A stretch of DNA of 64,000 nucleotides, taken from the NCBI GenBank assembly GCA_963739305.1, contig CAVTZU010000036.1:1-64000 (forward strand), written 5' to 3'. The position numbers were made by a program, and so were the translations under genes. The stretch's first letter is position 1; each line of letters opens with the position of its first letter. The notes beneath the pieces are model-generated. The model was not told the DNA's origin. It saw only the letters and a program-made list of their open reading frames with translations, and made no database searches. This DNA is from Candidatus Bathyarchaeota archaeon. GTDB lineage: Archaea > Thermoproteota > Bathyarchaeia > Bathyarchaeales > Bathycorpusculaceae. This document shows, in pieces, positions 31,009 to 40,546 of this stretch.

Positions 31009-31557
31009 CTAACCTTTTGCACTTATTTCTATTTGCGCAAACATTTCTCTTTTAGCCTTGCATATCGGGCAGACATACGGCGGATTTTCTCTGAAAACCA
31101 CATAGCCGCACTGTCTACAGTACCATAATTTCTTCTTGACTTCGACGGGTTGCTCCGGCAGCTTTGTTTCAGACAGTTTCACGTCCGGCGAGGGAGTACC
31201 AGCTTGGGAAGAAGCAGCGTATGCTCTTGCTTGTATTTCAGGAGGTCTGCGTTCGGGGATAGGAGTGATGGGTGTTTTGCCTTCGTACAGGTCTTTTCTC
31301 ATATAAAGTGCGCAATAGCAGGCTCCAAACTCTGCTACGTCAGGGTCTCGATAGTCGCAGGGGCATATTATGTCCCTGTCCAGTTCCAGCTTACCTGATG
31401 CTACTCTGCAAGGACAAGATGGGTAACCATACCTTTCCTCGTTCCGCTTAAGTCCTTCCAGCAAATCGTTAAGGAACTCGGGGTCCGGGTGCAAGTAGTA
31501 CCCGTAGGTTTTGGCGTCGGCTTCGACTCTCTGTCGAACTTTCTCCAGCGTAATCAA
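31009..31557 (-). CDS. Ferredoxin:thioredoxin reductase catalytic domain fused to a rubredoxin domain (FDR-like)
   Basis: YGYPSCPCR, ICPC, GACYCALY, then WYCRQCGY...PPYVCPICKA. Confidence 0.9.
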   Translation of the reverse strand: MITLEKVRQRVEADAKTYGYYLHPDPEFLNDLLEGLKRNEERYGYPSCPCRVASGKLELDRDIICPCDYRDPDVAEFGACYCALYMRKDLYEGKTPITPIPERRPPEIQARAYAASSQAGTPSPDVKLSETKLPEQPVEVKKKLWYCRQCGYVVFRENPPYVCPICKAKREMFAQIEISAKG

Positions 31558-31838
31558 AGATCCAAGGCCTCTTTGATTAGGTCTTTGCGGAAACCGGTAA
31601 TTACCTTCTTGTTGTCCACGATTATCGTTGGATAGCTTGGCTCGCTCCCTCTTTCAATTAGGTCTCGTCTGATTTTCTCGTGATCTTCGTCGTTTGCTAG
31701 ATCGACATCAACGTATTCATATTCAACGCCGTTTTCGTTCAGAAATTTCTTGGTCATCTTGCACCATGCGCAAGTGCTAAGGGCATACATCAAAACTTTG
31801 TGCTTGCTGTTTTTGCCTGCGACTTTTACCTTGTCCAT
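31554..31838 (-). CDS. Glutaredoxin/NrdH-like redoxin (methanoredoxin-like)
   Basis: YALSTCAWCKMTK, SYPTIIVD, ITGF; translationally coupled to the FDR-like gene. Confidence 0.88.
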   Translation of the reverse strand: MDKVKVAGKNSKHKVLMYALSTCAWCKMTKKFLNENGVEYEYVDVDLANDEDHEKIRRDLIERGSEPSYPTIIVDNKKVITGFRKDLIKEALDL

Positions 31839-32212
31839 CTTCTCACCCTCCATCTGCATTGACCGTTATCTAACGCTTAGTCATATAATAGTTTGGCGTA
31901 GATGTCTGTAGGCTTTTCCAAGTTGCCGAATGAATCGTAAACGAATCTTGACGTTGATCTGGTTCAACTCTATTGATTTTCAGTGTTTTACCGTTCAGGC
32001 TGAACCGACCACGATGAATCTGCTTCTTCCATGAATTTGTACCGAATAGCTTGTGAAAAGTTCAACTGTGGCATCGAAGGGTGCACTCAGAACCGTGTGG
32101 TTCATGACCTCGAAAATCTCCGCGTATGTTTGCGAGTATTGACTTAGAGGTTCTTGGAGATGAGTGTTCCAGAAAAGGCTTAATACATCGTTGACATTAG
32201 ACAAAAAAGTAG

Positions 32213-33181
32213 GTGGATCTGTTGGACAGTGAACCCATTTTCAAGAAGATATTGTTTCTCACTGATGGTTCAGCGCCTTCACTTTCAGCTCAAGAACTGA
32301 CCATTCAATTGGCCAAGAAAATGAAGGCTGAGGTAACTGTTTTCCACATTGTGACTCATGAATTGATGAGACCGATTGTTCAAGACTTTCTCGTTCAGAG
32401 TCGTGGGGTTCCAGAATCTGCAGATAGCGAACCTGGACTTATCATGGGCTCAGAGGTTTCTTTAGGCAGGAAGACCCCGACGTCTACTGGTTCACATTAT
32501 GGAGAACGAGTAGAAGGAGAAATCACGAGCATATATCGTCAAGAGGGAGAGGATATTGTTGCAGATTCAGCGCGAACGTTCAAGGAAGAGGGAATTCAAG
32601 CCGAACCGCGAATAGTTGTGCACAAGAACATAGTCCAGGCTGTAATGGAAGAGATTGAACGAGAAAACTACGATCTCATCGTGATCGGGCGTAGCGGACA
32701 CAAAGAAAGTGAGTCGCGATTGGGAACTGTTGCAGAAAAAGTGTCACGCCGTTCCGAAATACCTGTCTTGATAGCTGGTGAACGGAAAACTATTGTGCGA
32801 CTGCTTGTGCCACTGGATGGTTCCAAGAGTTCAGAAAAAGCCCTCGCATACGCTTCATCGTTGGCGAAGAAAATGGACGGAAAGTTGACTTTGCTACACG
32901 TCCAAGAATCACGACTTTTCCGCTCGCGTCCAAAATTGACCGAAGCTATTGGAAAGAACATCCTATCTGACGCTAGCGGGAAACTGAAGGATATCAGCTT
33001 TGACCAGAAAATGGAGACAGGAGATCCGGCTAGGAAAATAACTGATATGGCCGAGAAAGAGAACTTCGACCTGATAGTCTTGGGAAACAGCGGTCACAGT
33101 TCCTTGGGAAGATCTTCGCTTGGTGGTGTGACCAACCATGTGTTACATTACACGAGACAAGCAGTTCTTATCGTGAAATAA
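32213..33181 (+). CDS. Tandem universal stress protein
   Basis: Two USP domains (ILFLTDGS...LGTVAEKV; LLVPLDGS...LGGVTNHV). Confidence 0.9.
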   Translation: MDLLDSEPIFKKILFLTDGSAPSLSAQELTIQLAKKMKAEVTVFHIVTHELMRPIVQDFLVQSRGVPESADSEPGLIMGSEVSLGRKTPTSTGSHYGERVEGEITSIYRQEGEDIVADSARTFKEEGIQAEPRIVVHKNIVQAVMEEIERENYDLIVIGRSGHKESESRLGTVAEKVSRRSEIPVLIAGERKTIVRLLVPLDGSKSSEKALAYASSLAKKMDGKLTLLHVQESRLFRSRPKLTEAIGKNILSDASGKLKDISFDQKMETGDPARKITDMAEKENFDLIVLGNSGHSSLGRSSLGGVTNHVLHYTRQAVLIVK

Positions 33182-33358
33182 GCCTCAAATAAGGAGCGGA
33201 CCCGCAGCAAACCTCCCTTCGCAAGACGGCTTTGATATCGACTCGATAGAATGTTCAAGCCTTGAGACCGCTTTTCAAGAACTAGACTTGAAATGTTGCA
33301 CGCGTCACCTACAAACGTTTTCGCAACAATTGACTCAGTGTCGAAAGTAGAGGCGTGA

Positions 33359-33547
33359 TTAGCCGCCGTAGCGTCCTAAGATATAGAAGAATACGATGAC
33401 AGCTACTAGGTACGCCGCTATGAAGCCAAAGAACACGCCTAATTTCGGAGAGACATTTGCCTGTGCATACCATGCTATTGATCCGAAGCCTATTAGGACT
33501 ATGACCGCTGCAAAGTACTTTAGGTTCGCTTTTAGTCCAGTACTCAT
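33359..33547 (-). CDS. Small 2-TM membrane protein
   Basis: Hydrophobic 62-aa ORF. Confidence 0.5.
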   Translation of the reverse strand: MSTGLKANLKYFAAVIVLIGFGSIAWYAQANVSPKLGVFFGFIAAYLVAVIVFFYILGRYGG

Positions 33548-33680
33548 CTTCCAACCCTCTTTTTGTGGTATACCCACTGCATTTCAACTAATATCTCTGA
33601 CGGTTAAGAGTGCATAAACCGTTGACGTATCGCTCTATTTAGCCTCTTCGCCGTTTCTCTTCGCAACGGATGTTGATGCA

Positions 33681-34295
33681 CTACTTCAATGCTGCGTCGA
33701 GTCTTTTGCCAATTTCATTCCAGTTGACGATATTCCAGAATGCTTCGACAAATTTGCCTCGATCGTTCTTGTAATCAACGTAGTACGCGTGTTCAAAAAC
33801 GTCTAAAACCATTAGAATCTTGTATGTAGGGTACACGTTGGTGTTGTGTTTCTCTATTTGCATTATCAGCGGTCTGTTGGTCTGAGTGCACCTCGCCAGT
33901 GCTGCCCAGCCTGAGCCTTCTACGCTGGTTGCTGCCATTGTAAATTCTTTCTTGAACCGGTCGAAGCTTCCGAATTCCTTCTCTAACCAGTCGCCTAGCT
34001 TCCCGCCAGGTTTTCCTCCCGCTTTGTTTGGCGCTGCCATGTTTTCCCAATATAGAGAGTGTAGAATGTGTCCTCCAATGTTCCATGATAATTCTTTTAG
34101 AGTGGATTTGATGTCGACGTCGACGTTCTCCTTTCTTGCCTTGTCAAGCCTTTGCAGTATCGCGTTTGCTCCGTTTACGTATGCCTGGTGATGTTTGTCG
34201 TGATGAATCGTGAGCTGCTCCTTGGACATGTGCGGTTCCAAAGCGGCATAGTCGTAGGGCAGTTTTGGCAACGAGTAAGACATGTTTTGTTCCAT
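33681..34295 (-). CDS. sod: Fe/Mn superoxide dismutase
   Basis: LPKLPYDYAALEPH, HHDKHHQAYV, GGHILH, GSGW, DVFEHAYY. Confidence 0.96.
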   Translation of the reverse strand: MEQNMSYSLPKLPYDYAALEPHMSKEQLTIHHDKHHQAYVNGANAILQRLDKARKENVDVDIKSTLKELSWNIGGHILHSLYWENMAAPNKAGGKPGGKLGDWLEKEFGSFDRFKKEFTMAATSVEGSGWAALARCTQTNRPLIMQIEKHNTNVYPTYKILMVLDVFEHAYYVDYKNDRGKFVEAFWNIVNWNEIGKRLDAALK

Positions 34296-34429
34296 ACTCT
34301 TTCCTCCTTTTTTAGACAGCTATTCCTCTTGAATTTTAAGTTTTCGTTCTGCCCAACGACCGCATCAAAATGCTATTTAATATGGAATTAGTACATCATA
34401 AGCTAGGTTTCAAAAATGGGTGGGTTAGT

Positions 34430-34741
34430 TTGCCAATAGACCCTGAGTTCCAGAAGAAATGCAAGATCATAGGTCAACATCAAGGTCACGATGTCTGGGG
34501 GCCCATAAGCCCTCCTCAGAAGCAAGGCATACACGGAACTGATGTCGCAGTCGATTGGGATGTCTGTACTGGAGACGGTGTTTGCATCGACGTGTGTCCA
34601 GTGACAGTGTTCGACTGGGCTGATGCTAAAGGACATCCAACTTCCGAGAAGAAATCTGACCCTGTACGCGAAAAGGATTGCATAAAGTGCTTGGCATGCG
34701 AGACTCAATGCCCAGTTCAAGCGATCAAAATCACGCAGTAG
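34430..34741 (+). CDS. zfx: Zinc-containing 7Fe ferredoxin
   Basis: PIDPEF...GQHQGHDVWGP..PP...GIHGT.V.VDWDVCTGDGVCIDVCPV...GHPTSEKKSDP...CIKCLACETQCPV resembles Sulfolobales/Thermoplasma Zn-ferredoxin; TTG start. Confidence 0.88.
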   Translation: MPIDPEFQKKCKIIGQHQGHDVWGPISPPQKQGIHGTDVAVDWDVCTGDGVCIDVCPVTVFDWADAKGHPTSEKKSDPVREKDCIKCLACETQCPVQAIKITQ

Positions 34742-34852
34742 GCTCTAGAGTCCGTAAAAATTCAGTTCTTGTTTCAGTTTCGCGATGTATGAAACTAATC
34801 TTTGCGAAAGTTTTTTTATTCCTTTGTTAAGGCTCTATTGTGTGAGGGAAAC

Positions 34853-35092
34853 ATGATGAAAAACAAGCCGGATAGAACTCTCGATTGTTTGGGTCTGTAT
34901 TGTCCCGAACCCGTCTTCAAGACAAGGCTGGAACTCGATGAAATGAAGGTCGGGGAGATGCTTGAGGTTTTGGCAGACGATCCAGCGGCTGAGTCTGACA
35001 TCAGAAGCCTTGTGAAGAATTTGGGACAGGAGTTGATTGGCGTTACTAAGAAAGGTGATGCTGTTCAAATACTAATCAAGAAGGTAAGTTAG
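34853..35092 (+). CDS. tusA: TusA-family sulfur carrier
   Basis: LDCLGLYCPEPV and LADDPAA..DI. Confidence 0.9.
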   Translation: MMKNKPDRTLDCLGLYCPEPVFKTRLELDEMKVGEMLEVLADDPAAESDIRSLVKNLGQELIGVTKKGDAVQILIKKVS

Positions 35093-35116
35093 AAAATTGA
35101 AAAGGAAGTGAGATAA

Positions 35117-35488
35117 ATGAGTCAAAAGAAAAAGAAAATACTATATGTTCAGACAAGTGGTGTCGACAACCCTGAAAGAGCCTATTCACCCTTTGTCCTC
35201 GCTACGACAGCTGCTATGATGAACCTGGAGGCGACCGTTTACTTCGTGATAAAAGGCGTCACGCTCGTGAAGAAGGGAGAAGCTGAAAAAATCAAGATGG
35301 GCAGTTTCCCAACTCTCAAAGAGGTCATGGATCAGGCAGTGAAGGCAGGAGTCAAACTCGCCGTCTGTGAACAAAGCTGCGGACTACTGGGAATACCACG
35401 TGGAGCCTTCACGAACGAAGCCAAGGTTGTCGGTGCAGCAACTCTGAACGATCTAGCACTTGAAGCTGATGCTGTACTGTGCTTCTGA
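35117..35488 (+). CDS. DsrE/DsrF-like protein
   Basis: PERAYSPF, F..KGV, GVKLAVCEQSC, VVGAAT. Confidence 0.85.
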   Translation: MSQKKKKILYVQTSGVDNPERAYSPFVLATTAAMMNLEATVYFVIKGVTLVKKGEAEKIKMGSFPTLKEVMDQAVKAGVKLAVCEQSCGLLGIPRGAFTNEAKVVGAATLNDLALEADAVLCF

Positions 35489-35499
35489 GTGAGACTGGG

Positions 35500-36684
35500 A
35501 TGACGACGACTCGACGGATCAACCTGGATCATGCAGCAGGCAAAACAGTGGATCTACGTGTGATAGAGGCAATGCTGCCGTACATGGAATCATCGTATGG
35601 AAACCCCTCTTCCATACACACGATGGGACAAGAGGCCAAGCGTGCACTTGAAGAAGCAAGATCCGAAGTTGCGGCGTTGATCAATGCCGAAAAGAAAGAG
35701 TCGATAATCTTTACCTCGGGGGCAACTGAAAGCAACAACTTGGCAATTAAAGGCGTTGCAAACCGGAACAAGGACCGCGGAACTCGCCTTATCACTTCAA
35801 GCGTGGAACACATGTCCGTCGTAAACTCAATCAAATACCTAAGCACAAAAGGGTTTGAAAGCATATTTCTTCCAGTTGACAAGTACGGCTTCGTGAACCT
35901 CGAACTGCTCGAGAGAGAGGTGAATGATAAGACAACACTTGTCTCCGTCGTGTACGCGAACAGCGAGATAGGAACGATTGAGCCCATAAAGGAAATCAGC
36001 AAGATTGCCCACGCCAAAAATGCTTACTTACACGTTGATGCCACCGCCGCTTGCGGACAAGTCTCCATAGACGTGAAAGATGAAGGAATAGACCTGTTGA
36101 CCGTCTCCTCGAATGACATGTATGGCCCAAAAGGTGTCGGAGCTCTCTACGTCAAAGAGGGAATACGTCTGGAACCACAGCTTCACGGCGGAGGACAGGA
36201 ACGGGGCGTGAGATCTGGAACAGAAAACCTTCCTGGGATAGTTGGATTGGGCAAAGCAGCCGAAATAAGGAAGAATGAAATGCAAACCGAAAGCCCAAGA
36301 CTTGTCAAGCTGAGAGACAGAATGATTAATGGTCTAACCAAACCAATTCCTTATTCTTTCTTGAATGGACACACAACCAAACGTTTACCCGACAACGTCT
36401 CAGTGAGGTACAGCTTCATAGAAGGCGAATCAATGCTCCTAAGCCTCGACCTGGAAGGCGTGTTTGCATCTTCAGGCTCAGCCTGCACCGCAAAAACTCT
36501 TGAACCGTCACACGTCCTTCTGGCTACTGGTCTGAAGCATGAGGAAGCGCACGGTTCTCTAATGTTCACACTAGGCAAGGAAAACACTGAGGAAGAAATT
36601 GATTATGCCGCAGGCCTGATGCCGGGTATAGTGAAACGGTTAAGAGCAATGTCGCCCTTAACACCAAAAGAGTTGAACCAGTGA
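35500..36684 (+). CDS. iscS: Cysteine desulfurase (IscS/NifS type)
   Basis: GNPSSIH, FTSGATESNN, HVDA, GGGQE.G.RSGTEN, SSGSACT, EPSHVL; the PLP-Lys motif appears altered (SSNDMYGPKG). Confidence 0.88.
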   Translation: MTTTRRINLDHAAGKTVDLRVIEAMLPYMESSYGNPSSIHTMGQEAKRALEEARSEVAALINAEKKESIIFTSGATESNNLAIKGVANRNKDRGTRLITSSVEHMSVVNSIKYLSTKGFESIFLPVDKYGFVNLELLEREVNDKTTLVSVVYANSEIGTIEPIKEISKIAHAKNAYLHVDATAACGQVSIDVKDEGIDLLTVSSNDMYGPKGVGALYVKEGIRLEPQLHGGGQERGVRSGTENLPGIVGLGKAAEIRKNEMQTESPRLVKLRDRMINGLTKPIPYSFLNGHTTKRLPDNVSVRYSFIEGESMLLSLDLEGVFASSGSACTAKTLEPSHVLLATGLKHEEAHGSLMFTLGKENTEEEIDYAAGLMPGIVKRLRAMSPLTPKELNQ

Positions 36685-37067
36685 TGTACAGCCAGAAAGT
36701 CATGGATCACTTCAAGAATCCACGCAACATGGGGGAAATCCCGGACGCAGACGGCGTCGGAACCGTTGGCAATCCCGTTTGTGGAGACTTGATGACCATA
36801 TACATAAAGGTAAAGGACAATCGTCTCGAAGATATAAAGTTCAAGACATTCGGCTGCGGTTCAGCGATAGCCACGAGCAGCATGATTACAGAGCTGGCTA
36901 AAGGAAAGACTTTGGAAGAAGGGCTGAAGATAACGCGTGGAAACGTGGCGGATGAACTCGGCGGGTTGCCTCCCGTCAAAATGCATTGCTCCAACCTTGC
37001 GGCGGACGCATTGCACGCTGCGATAGAAGATTACTATAAGAAGCAGAAAGCAAAAGAGGTGAAGTGA
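36681..37067 (+). CDS. iscU: Fe-S cluster scaffold IscU/NifU
   Basis: DHFKNPRN.G, GNPVCGD, FGCGSAIA, LPPVKMHCS. Confidence 0.95.
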   Translation: MMYSQKVMDHFKNPRNMGEIPDADGVGTVGNPVCGDLMTIYIKVKDNRLEDIKFKTFGCGSAIATSSMITELAKGKTLEEGLKITRGNVADELGGLPPVKMHCSNLAADALHAAIEDYYKKQKAKEVK

Positions 37068-37258
37068 TGAACCCAGAATTTGTCAGATGTGAATACTGCA
37101 AAATCGAGATTCCATCAGAAACTTGCAAGCTTGCAGCACACACGACCAAGATTGATGGAAAAGAATACACGTTCTGTTGTGCCAGCTGCGCCGGAAGGTA
37201 CATGGAGAGGATAGGGAAAACAAAACAAGGGAAGAAATCCACCAAGAAAAACGTCTGA
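37064..37258 (+). CDS. TRASH/YHS-like metal-binding protein
   Basis: CEYC...IDGKEYTFCCASC; coupled to iscU. Confidence 0.75.
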   Translation: MMNPEFVRCEYCKIEIPSETCKLAAHTTKIDGKEYTFCCASCAGRYMERIGKTKQGKKSTKKNV

Positions 37259-37329
37259 TCGGGCTAGAAGCATAATTGTGAACTGACTAGTTAAGACAAG
37301 GCTTCGAAAAAGCGCGCGCGTTGGATATT

Positions 37330-38154
37330 CTACTTTTTCTTTTCTATTGGTTCTTGTGATCTTTTTCGTAGCGACACGTCTCCTGCAAGAAAGTGTTTCG
37401 ACGTGCCATTTTTGAGCCTTAAGATCAGGCGTCCTTCTTCATCTACGTCTTCAGCAACGCCAGTAATCGATTTTCCATGATCTATGACTCGAACCTCTCG
37501 ACCCAGAAAGCTCGCGTGTTTTTTCCATACCGCAAGAATGCTAGCAAAACCTGACTCCGTATAAGTATCATAGTCGGCTTCCAACCTCTCCAAAAGTGCT
37601 CCCAGAAGGTCCTCGAGCCGAATTTTCCTGCCTAACTCAGTCTCAATCGAGGAGGCATTGGCCGCAATTGAATCTGGCAACGACTTGTAGGCGTCAAAGT
37701 TGGCATTTATGCCTATCCCCAGTATTACGAAGTTGACTTTTTCACCCTTTGAATTCGCCTCACCAAGTATGCCGCAGATTTTTCGTCCGTTAACAAGAAT
37801 ATCGTTTGGCCACTTGGTTTCAATTCTTAGACCGTAGAGTCTTTTCAGCGTTTCAGCCGCTGACAAACCCGCCAAGACGGTTAGTTTAGGCACGTCGGCA
37901 GGACGCATTCTAGGTCTAAGAATTATCGAAAACCATAACCCTCCGATTGGAGAGGCCCACGTTCTTCTCAGCCTTCCTCGGCCTGATGATTGAGTGGCGG
38001 CGATTGTGATTGTTCCTTCCTTGGCGCCTGACATTGCAAGCTGTTTGGCCCACTCATTGGTGGAACCGGTCTCTTCGATCGAGAATATGCTTCTTCCAAA
38101 GGACTTGGTCTTTAGGCATCGACGAAGTCGGTCCAAGTTCAAGGTAACAGGCAA
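37330..38154 (-). CDS. birA: Biotin-protein ligase
   Basis: STN, Q..GRGR.RRTW.SP.GGLW.S, KWPNDI..NGRKICGIL, GIGIN. Confidence 0.93.
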   Translation of the reverse strand: MPVTLNLDRLRRCLKTKSFGRSIFSIEETGSTNEWAKQLAMSGAKEGTITIAATQSSGRGRLRRTWASPIGGLWFSIILRPRMRPADVPKLTVLAGLSAAETLKRLYGLRIETKWPNDILVNGRKICGILGEANSKGEKVNFVILGIGINANFDAYKSLPDSIAANASSIETELGRKIRLEDLLGALLERLEADYDTYTESGFASILAVWKKHASFLGREVRVIDHGKSITGVAEDVDEEGRLILRLKNGTSKHFLAGDVSLRKRSQEPIEKKK

Positions 38155-38296
38155 TTTCAGTCAACCTGGACTGGTTATGCGAACCCGAAGAATAACGTTA
38201 CCTCAGGCTGGAGGGAATTTTAGCCCTCAGATCGTGATGCTCGTCAAGCATTTAAGTTCGCTTGGCTTCTGTAACTCTGTGGAAGCGGGTGGATGA

Positions 38297-39157
38297 TTGT
38301 TCAACATCTTCCAGATTGATGTCTCCCTTCTTTCGACCTCTGTTGTTCTCCTAATAATGGGCGGCGTCGCGGTTGTCTTTGCACTGATGCTTCGTCAAAA
38401 ATCCCACGCGTTAGGAAGACTGCCAAAGAATCTTTCGGTCAGAGTCTTTGACAGAACCTTCAACGTTTTTGACCCCTCCAGCGAGCGCCGGCGAATCATC
38501 AACAGCCACACAGGACTCGTCATTTTTGTTGCCGTTTATGGCTCCTGGATTGCCACTATTTATGTGGTGTTCAAGGCTTTTGAAGTTGGCGCCATACTGG
38601 GCTCGATTGCTTTCTTGATTTGTGCCGCCCTGCTCATGATTGACGAGACTCAAGAGTTCTACAGAAACGCTGGGATTTTCGTGAAAGCCATCGCAAAGGG
38701 AAATGGCCTCGGGAGAGGGGACATGCGAGTTTTGACTGTCATGAAGAAGACTTTGCCAAGACTCAGTAAATACCATCTTGTTCTGGCAGTTTTTTTCTTC
38801 GCTTCTGCTTTTGCAGTTCCCTTCTTGGTTGATGCGGTCTTTCTGGCAACTGCAGGCGTCGCGTCCGCCGTGTTTGCTGTGAGCCTCGTTTTCAAAGCAT
38901 TTCCGATATTTCCTTTCTTTGTCATCGCGGGCATGTTTGCGGCGGCTGTGGTGCTGGCCCAAATCGCAGTGAATAAGACGAAGAAGAGGGTTTTCGGTTT
39001 TCCTCCTCCTGTTCCAATAGACGTCGAGAGTAGACAGTTCTTTCGCATGAAAATGTACGTGGGGATTTTGCATCATCACCCGACACTTCGTGAGCCATTG
39101 CCCGAGGATACTGAGAACGTCAATAGACAAGATCTTGACGAACACTCGGAACACTAG
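38297..39157 (+). CDS. Hypothetical multi-pass membrane protein
   Basis: 286 aa with 5-6 hydrophobic segments. Confidence 0.7.
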   Translation: MFNIFQIDVSLLSTSVVLLIMGGVAVVFALMLRQKSHALGRLPKNLSVRVFDRTFNVFDPSSERRRIINSHTGLVIFVAVYGSWIATIYVVFKAFEVGAILGSIAFLICAALLMIDETQEFYRNAGIFVKAIAKGNGLGRGDMRVLTVMKKTLPRLSKYHLVLAVFFFASAFAVPFLVDAVFLATAGVASAVFAVSLVFKAFPIFPFFVIAGMFAAAVVLAQIAVNKTKKRVFGFPPPVPIDVESRQFFRMKMYVGILHHHPTLREPLPEDTENVNRQDLDEHSEH

Positions 39158-39273
39158 CTCTGCACCTGAATGTCCTTTCGCCAAAGGCGCTTTTTCTTTG
39201 TTTCTCCTTTGCAGTTTGGAACACCTACAGGGAAAAAGAAATTATATTAACACGGACACGGAAGTTCTAAGCT

Positions 39274-39549
39274 ATGCCTGACAAAGTCCATTGTGCTCAC
39301 GTTCTAGTGAGAACGGAACAAGAAGCCAAGACCGTCGTCGAGCGGCTTAACAAGGGCGAGAAGTTCGCGAACGTCGCGAGAGAAGTCTCATTGTGCCCTT
39401 CGGGAAAGCGAGGCGGAGACCTCGGGACCTTCACGAGGGGAAAAATGGTCAGAGAATTTGAGACAGCTGCTTTTGCACTTCAGAAAGGACAGACTTCGTC
39501 CACTGTGAAAACGAAATTCGGTTACCACATTATCAAGCGTCTCGAATAA
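39274..39549 (+). CDS. ppiC: Parvulin-type peptidyl-prolyl isomerase
   Basis: CAHVLV, SLCPSGKRGGDLG.F.RG.MV.EFE, KTKFGYHII. Confidence 0.93.
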   Translation: MPDKVHCAHVLVRTEQEAKTVVERLNKGEKFANVAREVSLCPSGKRGGDLGTFTRGKMVREFETAAFALQKGQTSSTVKTKFGYHIIKRLE

Positions 39550-39593
39550 ACACGGACAAGAAACTGTGGCTTCTGCTGACTAGCATGCGCTAA

Positions 39594-39782
39594 TCATGTT
39601 CGAGTCAGGATCCTTTTTGCGGTCCATGCAGCGGGCATGATTTTTCCGTCGCTTGGGATCGTTTGGCTAGACGTTAGAACTGCAATAGCGACTGCCACTA
39701 TCATCACTACCAAGATTACGGCTAAAGTCGCCGCTAGACACGCGATCAGAATCCTTTTCTTTGAAGCCATTTCTCTTTCCAT
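39594..39782 (-). CDS. Small single-TM hypothetical protein
   Basis: Basic N-terminus followed by a long hydrophobic helix. Confidence 0.45.
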   Translation of the reverse strand: MEREMASKKRILIACLAATLAVILVVMIVAVAIAVLTSSQTIPSDGKIMPAAWTAKRILTRT

Positions 39783-39970
39783 CTGGTTCGTGTCTTACTT
39801 CAAATCTTAATAACAATTAAGAAATGGAAATTCGGACTGATAATTCATATTCACAGTCAACTTATGTGACCTGTGAAGACGTTCTGCAACGACGGATAAG
39901 GCTCGGGACGAGAACAATGGCTTTTCCAGATACTGGCTTTCTCCTCGCGCTCTGCTTCTCTTGTTGGATT

Positions 39971-40546
39971 CTAGTTTTCGCATACGACATGGACGAAATT
40001 CCTGAGTATGTCCTCACCATGCTCAGTGTTGTTTACTTCGGGATGAAACTGTACGCCATAGTATGGTTTCCTTAGGTGTTTCGCGGCTTGGACGCTGCAA
40101 TTCTCTGATTCAGCCAAGATTGCAAAGCCCGGTGCTTCCTTTACTTCATCGTTGTGAGACTCCCAAACAAGAAACTGTGTCGGCAAACCCTTGAACAGAT
40201 CATCGGCCTCAAGGACTCTTATTTTTGCGAGTCCATATTCGGGAACTTTCGAGGGTCCGGCCTTTCCTCCGCAGTTGACGGCCATCAGCTGAAGTCCAAC
40301 GCAAATTCCGAGTATCGGGCCTTTGAACTCGTTTAGGTAGTCCGTGCATTTGCCCAATTTCGGAGACTCCCAGGCTATTCTGGGTGCTCCGCCACTGAGG
40401 ACCAAGCCGTCGGCGTCCATTTCACTCAAGGGTGTCGTGTTTGGAACGATCTTGGTTTCGCATTCTATTTCCCTTAAGACTCTCCAGATCCTGTGTGTCC
40501 ATTGCCCGCCGTTGTCTATGACGTAGACTTTGGTCTTTCTACTCAT
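39971..40546 (-). CDS. guaAA: GMP synthase glutamine amidotransferase subunit A
   Basis: DNGGQWTHRI, LSGG, GICVGLQ, ESHNDEV, VQFHPEV. Confidence 0.94.
   Translation of the reverse strand: MSRKTKVYVIDNGGQWTHRIWRVLREIECETKIVPNTTPLSEMDADGLVLSGGAPRIAWESPKLGKCTDYLNEFKGPILGICVGLQLMAVNCGGKAGPSKVPEYGLAKIRVLEADDLFKGLPTQFLVWESHNDEVKEAPGFAILAESENCSVQAAKHLRKPYYGVQFHPEVNNTEHGEDILRNFVHVVCEN

Noticed and set aside
31995-32204. 69-aa minus-strand ORF between the redoxin and USP genes
   Set aside because: No motif or clear RBS; it lies in a divergent promoter region
38411-39184. 257-aa minus-strand ORF, and similar overlapping ORFs such as 2064..2663, 18914..19465 and 42884..43474
   Set aside because: Shadows of better-supported genes on the opposite strand, with no motifs
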